Below, piece after piece: positions 36,269-44,517 of a DNA stretch of 44,517 bases. The position numbers and the translations under genes are program-made. Below the pieces are notes generated by a model. That model did no database searches. It was not told where the DNA came from and worked only from the letters and a program-made list of their open reading frames with translations. The first letter of the stretch is position 1, and each line of letters begins with the position of its first letter. Location of the stretch: positions 1 through 44,517 of the forward strand of contig NW_021834949.1 of NCBI RefSeq assembly GCF_006345805.1. The letters run 5' to 3'. This DNA comes from Octopus sinensis. Taxonomy: Eukaryota.

Positions 36269-36621
36269 GGCGCAGGAGTGGCTGTGTGGTAAGTAGGTTG
36301 CTTACCAACCACATGGTACCGGGTTCAGTCCCCCTAAATTCCAGGCTTTTACCAAAATTTGAAAGAATTACGAATGGGGTAGAAATCAGAGATATTTTAA
36401 TGAGACAGTGCTGGTATTCTGGGTCCATTTAGAGCCCTGTTCCCCCACTGTGGGAGTTATTGGTTGAGAGCTCAAATGTAGGGGCTGGACTTCTCATTGT
36501 TGGGCAAGTGTCTTCTACTATAGCCTCGGCAGACCAAGCCTTGTGAGTGGATTTGGTAGACGGAGACGGAAAGAAGCCCGTCGCATATATATATATATAT
36601 TATATATATATATATATAATA

Positions 36622-36671
<50 letters not shown>

Positions 36672-36941
36672 TATATATATATATATATGTATGTATGTAT
36701 TATGTATGTATGTATGTATGTATGTATGTATGTGTGCGTATATGTTTGTGTGTCTGTGTTTGTCCCGCCCTCACCATCGCTTGACAACCGATGCTGGTGT
36801 GTTTACCTCCCCGTAACTTAGCGGTTCGGCAAAAAGAGACCAATAGGATAGGTACTAGGCTTACAAAGAATAAGTCCTGGGGTCGATTTGCTCCAGCATG
36901 GCAGCAGTCAAATGACTGAAACAAGTAAAAGAGTAAAGGGT
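36269..36941 (+). mobile_element. Full-length tRNA-derived SINE with an internal microsatellite and a 167-bp foreign insert
   Basis: Head GGCGCAGGAGTGGCTGTGTGGTAAG...GGGTTCAGTCCC; insert 36333-36499; body TTGGGCAAGTGTCTTCTACTATAGCC; internal (TA)n(TATG)n; tail AATGACTGAAACAAGTAAAAGAGT. Confidence 0.9.
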
Positions 36942-36999
36942 ATCCAGTTCACTTACTGTTTCTTTATTTTTAGATTGATTTGTAGGGGATTATGGCCTA

Positions 37000-37470
37000 A
37001 ATTTTTCAGTGCGTGTATGTGAGTGCCTCTGTGTGTGTGTTTGTGTGTATGTATTTGTGTATGTGTGAGTGCGTGCTTATGTACGTGACTGAGTGTATGT
37101 GTTTATGTGTGACTGTGCGCATGTGTATTTGAGTGCATGTGTGTGAATGCGCGCGTATGTGTGTTACTACGTGTGAGTGTGTGTGTGTTTATGTGTTAGT
37201 GCGCGCGTGTATGTAACTACGTGTGTGTGCTTATGTGTGTGACAATGTGTGAGTGTGCGCGCATGTATGTGAGTGCATGTGTGTGTATGTGAGTGCATGT
37301 GTGTGTATGTGAGTGCGCGTGTATGTATGTAACTGTGTGTGCTTATGTGCGCGCGTGTGTTTGTAAGTGCATATATGTATATATATGTGTGCCTGTGTGT
37401 ATGTGTGATTGCGCGTGTATGTCAGTGCGTGCGCGTGTGTGTGTACGTGTCTGTGTGTGCGTTTCCCATA
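37000..37470. repeat. Degenerate (GT/GC)n low-complexity tract
   Basis: Directly visible. Confidence 0.9.
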
Positions 37471-37494
37471 TTTTTTCAGTAAGAACCGATTGTA

Positions 37495-37887
37495 TCTTTA
37501 TATATAAAAGAAAGGTTGTGTGTCTGTCTACTCCGATTTAGATTCCTAACTACTCCCACATTTTGCTGTGCAGTTTAACCAAAACCGGATATCTTATAGT
37601 CGTGATTCATATCAAGCCCTTCTGGGTATTAGCGCGCATCTACGATGAGTCTACGATTTTAAAAATAATTTACCATCATTTTCTTCCATTTTAATGCATA
37701 TTTTTTAATATAAGGGAAGTAACTCTCTAAAAATGTCTACGACGAGTCAACGATTTAAAAAAAAATTTACCATAATTTTTTTTTCCATTTTTAATGCATT
37801 TTTTGCTATTTTTTGGCTATAACTCTCTAAAAATGCTTTATAGCTATTTCCCTTACAAACCCGAGCAACGCCGGGCGATACTGCTAG
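37495..37887 (+). mobile_element. Non-autonomous Helitron (393 bp), same family as 7276-7780
   Basis: A|TCTTTATATATAAAAG start; CCCGAGCAACGCCGGGCGATACTGCTAG|T end; internal ~100-bp duplication. Confidence 0.9.
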
Positions 37888-38289
37888 TATGTGATAAATG
37901 GGAAATTTAGCTATTGCTTCATGCTTGTTGGAAGGCTACGAACATTTTGTCATTTCACCACGACAAAGTGATGTCAGCGGTGATAAAACTGGAACAAAGA
38001 ACCTATTGCATTACAATGCAATACTAAAGATATCACTCGACCAGAAACCTACCATCCTCTGCAATTCCTAGTGCACTCATTAACAAAAACATTAATTTCT
38101 AATTAATCTCAGAGGACATTCCTTTGAAGGATGAAGTGCACTTAGTACTTTATTAGAAGCAAACGGTCCAATAAAGACTAATGAATGAAACTTGTATTTA
38201 TATTTAAATTTACTGCGGCAATAATGAAATTCAGGACATGGCAGTGTGGTTATGGAATTTGTAGCCATGACATGGTTTCCAGTTAATAT

Positions 38290-38550
38290 TACTGCACGGC
38301 ATCTTGTGATAGATATCGAATCATATTGTACTGCACCTTGTAAAGAACATTCTGTCTTACTGCATGGCAACTTGTAAACAAAGATGTCCGACATCTTGCA
38401 AAAAGAGTTCTATCTTATTGCACAGCATCTTGTGAAAAGCGTTCTGTCTTACTGCACGGCAGCTTGTAAAACGTGTTCTATCTGATTCTCTGACATCTTG
38501 CCAAAGGAGTTCTGTCTTATTGCACGACATATAAAAATAGTTATATCTTA
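38290..38550. repeat. Degenerate minisatellite, ~34-bp unit TAYTGCACRGCAKCTTGT...GTTCTRTCT
   Basis: Unit starts at 38290, 38329, 38358, 38416, 38450 and 38518. Confidence 0.85.
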
Positions 38551-38980
38551 TTCTTGGGTATTTTGTCAAACATTCATTGCAGCATCGAGGCAGCAGGTTG
38601 GCATAGTATTTACATTGATGGATAGAATGCAGATAGATATTTGTTCTGATTCTCTTCGTCCTGGGCTCAAATCACATTGAGGTAGAATTTGCTTTATATT
38701 CTTTGTTGGGGATAAATAAATACCAGTCCAGGGCTGTTGGTTGATGAGATGGTATGAAGGTTGGATCAAGTGTTTTGCAATGTTTGTTCGGCTCTCTGGT
38801 TTCGTTTCCTGATATGGACCTTAAGGATAGTAAACTTAATCCGTCGTCTGGTTTAATACCATCTCTAACACCTTGTATCTTGAATACTTTTAGCGGAGTT
38901 CAACTTATTGCAAGTATTCGGGTCGGATCTCCTGCTTGAGGATTAATTGTAGAATATTGTTCTCAAATTTTGTCACATGA

Positions 38981-39170
38981 CTAGAAATTTCGAGAAGGGG
39001 TTTAGTCGATTACATCGATCCCAGCGCTCAACTGATATTTATTTTTACGACTCCGAAAGGCTGAAAGGCAAAGTCGGCGTCGATTATATTTGAACCCAGA
39101 GCGTAAAGACGGGAAAAATGCCGCTAAGCATTTTCCCCGACGTGCTAACGTTTCGGCCAGTTTGCCCACA
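38981..39170 (-). mobile_element. tRNA-derived SINE
   Basis: GTCGATTACATCGA.CCCAG...GAAAGGCAAAGTCG...GAACCCAGAGCGTAAAGAC...CCGCTAAGCATTTT.CCCGACGTGCTAACG. Confidence 0.85.
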
Positions 39171-39268
39171 TGATTACTTCTTAAATATTACAACTTACAA
39201 CCTCCTCTTACTGTATTGTGATTCACTCATCTCTTCTCCTTCTATCTATCTCATTCTCTGTCTCTCAG

Positions 39269-39300
<32 letters not shown>

Positions 39301-39301
39301 G

Positions 39302-39336
<35 letters not shown>

Positions 39337-40067
39337 TATATAACCAGCCGAAATTGCAAAAATAATCTGGAACTCGACTGAGGAAAGAAAACTCCGAATG
39401 ACTCGTCCCTGTTTTCTTTGTATCGTCTGGCTGGATGTTTTGCGATCTTGTCCCATTTTTGTATATATATATGTCTCCAACTCCTCTTGGAGGCCTTGCA
39501 AAATGTCATTGACAATGCCTTATCTGTGACTAGAAAACGCAGGAGAGAAATGTCACGGGTCGACTGAACCTAGCGTGAATGAAATTTGATGATCGAAACT
39601 TTACGGAAGCATGACAGAGGAAGAGTGAGTTTCTGCTGATAAAGTGCTTCTTAGATCGTTATTGTGTTGACAACCGTCTTGACTTTGTTCTCTGTCACCA
39701 AAATCCACTGTGTTGCAAGCATTTCACCACCATCTGAGGACTCAGTTTAACCTCTTACTGTCAATTCACCGGATTGGAGCGCCTTAAATAAGGATCGGGA
39801 ACGCAACTCCTAATTCTGTCATAAATTCATTAAAAGATTTGGTCTGTCACAAACTAACTATATTCAAAGAGGAGGTTGGAAATATAAATATTTAAAAATC
39901 AATTCATTCATTACTTCTTCAGTAACTATTATGAAGTTTAATTTTCGCTGATGAGGACAGAATAAGTTGAATTATGTTTAACGTTATCGCCCGTACTTTA
40001 ACTAATATCGTTATATTTTCTCCCATTTTCTCCCTGCTAAACCATGAGCATATATATATATAAAAGG

Positions 40068-40129
40068 AGCATTAGTTTGACGCTCGGGAAGGTGAGAAAG
40101 TATTTTACGTTTCGAGCCTATGCTCTTCA
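40068..40129 (-). mobile_element. Truncated Penelope-like terminal repeat with partial hammerhead (stem II plus GAAAC-GTA)
   Basis: Minus strand ...GA-A-GAGC(ATAG)GCTC-GAAAC-GTA-AAAT; the CUG of the core is replaced by (TA)n. Confidence 0.55.
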
Positions 40130-40572
40130 TATATATATGAATATGTATCATAGCTTTATGTCTTTCTAAAGGCGTGTATATATCTAACAATCCAGAGAGC
40201 GCGATTTTAATTCATTGCTTTTTACGTATAATATACTGAGTTTTTTTTTTACAGCACAGCAAGTTCCACTGTACTAGTGAATTATTCATTTGCTCTTCCC
40301 GGTATATATTTGTACCGAAGCATGAAATTTATTTCAGTTTGCAACAATCAAGTGCATGGTTTTGACATACTTTAACATAGATGAAAGGCGTCCATCAATT
40401 GCGAGTCAATGCGGGGACAATGTCTGTCTCGCTAGGATTTATAATGCATTTCTAAAACAAATCTACGAAGAGATTTTATCTTGGACAAGTCAATAGCTTT
40501 ACGTTTTTTTAACTGTGGGAATACATGTTTATGAAACACAGATATTAATATATACTACATGTATTATATATA

Positions 40573-40620
<48 letters not shown>

Positions 40621-40627
40621 TATATAT

Positions 40628-40666
<39 letters not shown>

Positions 40667-40919
40667 CATACATACATACATACATACATACATACATACA
40701 TTCATACATACATACATACATACATACATACATACATACATACATACATACATACATACATACAGGGTACAGGAAACTTATATATACACCATTCTGCTTA
40801 AACAATGGAGCGGCAGATACAATATCCTCGCGTATCTCAAGTCTGTTTTCATTCCTCCGCTTCACTCTGTATTTCATATCTTCCCTATAATAACTGTTAC
40901 TTAAACATTTTCTCGCACC

Positions 40920-40967
40920 GTCTCTGATAAAGGAATATATAAAATATCCCGGAAACAGCTGTAACAC
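40920..40967 (+). ncRNA. Hammerhead-like motif of a second family with palindromic stem III
   Basis: GTCT-CTGATAA-A-GGAATAT(ATAAA)ATATCCC-G-GAAAC-AGCT-GTA-ACAC. ACAGCTGT is a perfect palindrome; G8 is substituted. Confidence 0.5.
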
Positions 40968-41096
40968 CTCCTCTTTATAAATGTTCTAAAAGCTATTCAC
41001 AGCATTGGATTTTTTGTCTCCATTCTGTTAATCTATATATATATCTATATATATATATATATAATATATATGTATATATATACTCACAAATACTCT

Positions 41097-41151
<55 letters not shown>

Positions 41152-41163
41152 GGTGTGTTGGTA

Positions 41164-41199
<36 letters not shown>

Positions 41200-41637
41200 C
41201 ATACATATTTCGGTGCAAATTGTCTTTTATACGGTGCCGTGTTTTACAATTTTCTAAATAATAACGCTATTTTTATATAAGCTTAAAGCTTATGGCGATC
41301 ACCGTGAAATGACTGACTCACCCCACGTGAATATGACGTATGCGCACATACAACACATACACACACACATACACACAAACATACACATATATATATATTT
41401 ATAAATGTAAATGTATGAGTATGTATAAGGCAGGTATTTTGTCGTAACGTGTCTAAAAGACTATGAATCTGGTGGCGGAACTTCGTTTCTTAAGAGATTG
41501 ACAACGAAAACGAAAATAATTGTAATCTATATTATGGTATCGAGTACTCTTTCTTCCAACAGCCAATACTAACCACACACACATGCATATATATACCTCT
41601 ATGTTTATATATAAATATATAATATATATATATATAG

Positions 41638-41679
<42 letters not shown>

Positions 41680-42299
41680 TATATATATAATATATATTAT
41701 ATATATATATGTATAGAGATATGTATATATATATATATGTGTATTATGTATCTACCGTTATATAAATATACATCCATACATCGGACTCTGTGTGTGTATA
41801 TGTGTATTCTGCGTGTGTATGTATATGTGTGTGTGTTTGTATACTTCAGTTTTAGCTATTGCAATTATTCATATATTAATTCTTAACGCCATCTGAACAT
41901 AAAGATATTTCCTATGAGATTTTAAAATATTTCATTCATTTCCTGATTTCATTCACTAGAATACAACCACGTTGGCACCACATTCAATTTTTATTTTATT
42001 TCCTCAATTACTTTCAAATAGCTACGCTATAAGCATTAACGGTCAGTAGGATTTCTATAGAATCGAGTAATTTGATATCACGGACGTAACATATTTCTTG
42101 TCGTTGTATTTATAGACCAGGTTAAATAAATTTCTTCTTTATTTTACATTATGTTTCAATAGGACCATCGCCATACCAAATTGGTTTACGTTCCCTTAAT
42201 CTGCATATATATGTGCATATATATTCTACACCTCCCAGCTCTCCCATAAATAGCGGGTATATATAAGATTGATGGATGGAGGAATAGATTTTATTGCAC

Positions 42300-42420
42300 G
42301 CGGCATTGTTATAAAATTGCTTCCCAACCACGTTGTTCCAGATTCAGTCCTTGAGTGAGTGTCATCTACTATAGCCTCGAGCAGGCCATAGCTTTGTGAG
42401 TGGATTTGGTATGGTAGTCC
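42300..42420 (+). mobile_element. Degenerate SINE head/body (36269 family)
   Basis: TTGCTTCCCAACCAC...GTTCCAGATTCAGTCC...GTGTCATCTACTATAGCCTCGAG...GTGAGTGGATTTGGTA. Confidence 0.75.
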
Positions 42421-42669
42421 GTCATCCCTACCTACGAAGCGCGGAGTAAATAAAACAGGGGACAACTGATGAACGGAATGTTCTTTATGTTGCCCGATTC
42501 GTTTCTCTTTTTGTTCACGTTTTTTTATGTCCTGTACCCATATATGTATATATGTATATATATATGTAGGTATGTACATATATGTGTGTATGCATATATT
42601 TATATATTATTTATATGATATACATATATACATATATATATATAAAGTATATAATTCAAATTTACAGAA

Positions 42670-42770
42670 AACAAAAGACGAAGACAGGTTAAAGAACAAC
42701 AAGCAGGTGTATTAGTTTAACAATAGGGAGGAACGGACGTTTCGAGCCTTTTCTTTTCGACAGGAAGTGG
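42670..42770 (-). mobile_element. Degenerate Penelope-like terminal repeat with hammerhead remnant
   Basis: Minus strand CTGTCGA-A-...GGCTC-GAAAC-GTC; flank CAAAAGACGAAGACAGG is homologous to the 30.9-kb copy. Confidence 0.5.
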
Positions 42771-42841
42771 ACAAAAATGGAGAGAGAACGAAAAAATCGG
42801 ACGTTTGTGTGTATGTGTATGAGAGAGAGAAGAGAGTGTGT

Positions 42842-42869
<28 letters not shown>

Positions 42870-42873
<4 letters not shown>

Positions 42874-43032
42874 TTTGCAGCTGTGTTTGTCCTCCACCAA
42901 CCACTTGACAACCAATGTTAGTGTATTTACATCCTCTTGACAGAACGGTTCGGCAAAAGAGAGCGACATAATAAGTACCAAATTTAAAAAAAAAAAGTGC
43001 CGGAATCAAATCGCTCGACTAAAATCCTTCGC
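42870..43032 (+). mobile_element. Degenerate SINE 3' half
   Basis: TGTGTTTGTCC...TTGACAACC.ATGTT.GTGT.TTTAC...CGGTTCGGCAAAAGAG...CTCGACTAAAATCCTTC. Confidence 0.75.
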
Positions 43033-43510
43033 ACACATACAACCGTATATTTTTGTGAATGTTCTGTGAGTATAAAATGGATGACAAGGCAGCTATTAAA
43101 CCAGCTATTAAATTTTTAGCTTCAATATTCCAGGAGGGTTCGTGGCAATAGAATCTTCAGGCACGTCCTTCATAAGGTCCTATCAGAAGCAATCGTTAAT
43201 ACACTTCCCAGCTGGATTTGGAAACGTGGCCAACTGGGACTATGGATATAGATACAATCCAACCATCTCTTTCTCAGTCTAAATTTACGGCACCTGCCGG
43301 ATGGTCCTGTTTGGGGTGGATGCCCATCTTACGACTTTTTCAGGCTACGTTCTAGTCGCGAGTCTATAGTAGCAAAGGGGTTGGGATCTCTTCGTTTTAA
43401 TCTTTGTATAAAAATTAAGACATAAATGGATGTATTGGTTTCAGTCATTAATAATTTCCAATTTTGTTAAACGCGTTTTTTCCCTACAAAAACTTTACAA
43501 ATAATTATTT

Positions 43511-44385
43511 TCAATTATCAGTATAGTTGCCATTATTTTGAACGACCTCTTGCCATTTATCAGGTAGCTTTTTAATTCCTCTCCAATAAAATTCATCTGG
43601 CTTCGACATGAAGAAGTTTTCCACATACATCTTTACATGATTTTTATGAGAAATTAATTTCTTCATCAGAGCATTTTGCAGAGAACGAAAAAGATGGAAA
43701 TCAGTTGGTGCAAGGTCTTGTAAATATGGTGGATGGGGTAGAACAGACCAGCTCTAATCCAATATTTTATCCTGCGTGATTGTTGCTGAATGTGGTCTTG
43801 CATTACCACGAAAAAGCACAACGTTTCTCCTATTGACGAGTACAGAGCGTTTTCTTTAAAAATTTTCATCCACAAGTTGCAGCTGTTGAGTATAAGTCGA
43901 ATTTAGTGTTTGATTACAGTTTAAACACTCAAAATAAATAATACTGCGTAAATAATACCATGCACACAACATAAACCTTCTTCCATGGAGCTCAGCTTTT
44001 GAGGTAGATTGTAAAGATTTATCCTTGACAACCCATTGCCTTTCAGCGGTGAACATTTTCATAAAAGACCCGTTTTTCAACACCTGTAATGATTTTGAGA
44101 AATAAGTCATTTCACTGCCTTAAAAGAAGATTTGCTGCGATTTTCCCTATTCTTCTCGCTAAGTGTATGGGGAACCCAAGCACCTAGCTCGCAGATTTTC
44201 CATATCTTTTCCAGGGGCGGTAGATAGTGGTTTGGGACGTGCTGAGGTAAGCTGCTAATTCTCAAGTACTTTTACAAGGACTGAATTCAACTAATTCTCT
44301 CAAAATTTCTTGATCGAAGTCTGATGAGCGTCCTGATCTGAGTTTTTTTTTTCATTGACAAACCTCCAGAACGATGCTTTGATTA
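43511..44385 (-). pseudogene. Near-complete mariner (DD34D) transposase pseudogene
   Basis: RSGRSSDFDQEILRELVE..PCKST.ELA..L..SQTTI (HTH), WVPHTLSE, ITGVEKR (from ITGDEKW), GNARPH (from HDNARPH), PHPPYLQDLAPTDFHLFRSLQN, FYWRGI.KLPDKWQEVVQNNGNY; several stops and frameshifts. Confidence 0.93.
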
Positions 44386-44517
44386 TCAATTTAGTACTTG
44401 TCGGTCACTAATGACACATTGGTGATAAACACTGTGTAATTTCTTAGCTATTTCTGTGATGTTTATCCCAGTCCTATACTCCCACATCACATGTCGAGCA
44501 CACACATTCAGCTCATC

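Noticed and set aside
38570-38940. Possible Penelope GIY-YIG or LINE coding remnant (also 39340-39840)
   Set aside because: Translations are too degenerate to assign; a profile search would be needed.

Overview
AT-rich, repeat-dense eukaryotic genomic DNA. I infer an octopus or other coleoid cephalopod origin from recall of its SINE families; this was not database-checked. I recognise no host protein-coding gene. Almost all long ORFs in the supplied track are read-throughs of (TA)n, (TATG)n, (TATC)n, (CA)n, (GA)n or trinucleotide repeats. The window is probably intronic or intergenic and is a mosaic of mobile DNA: many tRNA-derived SINEs; LINE remnants (RTE-like, R4/Dong, L1/Tx1-like); Tc1/mariner and pogo/Tigger derivatives with TA target-site duplications (TSDs); non-autonomous Helitrons; and a Helentron/HINE-like element. 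The most notable signals are: (1) a dispersed Penelope-like terminal-repeat family carrying minimal type-I hammerhead ribozyme motifs with co-varying stems and palindromic stem III; (2) a nested-palindrome rearrangement at 9.2-10.0 kb with flip/flop hairpin isomers; (3) an RTE LINE 3' end encoding three tandem C2H2 zinc fingers; (4) several nested insertions whose history can be reconstructed; (5) a few isolated splice-consensus exon candidates, suggesting the window may lie inside a large gene.
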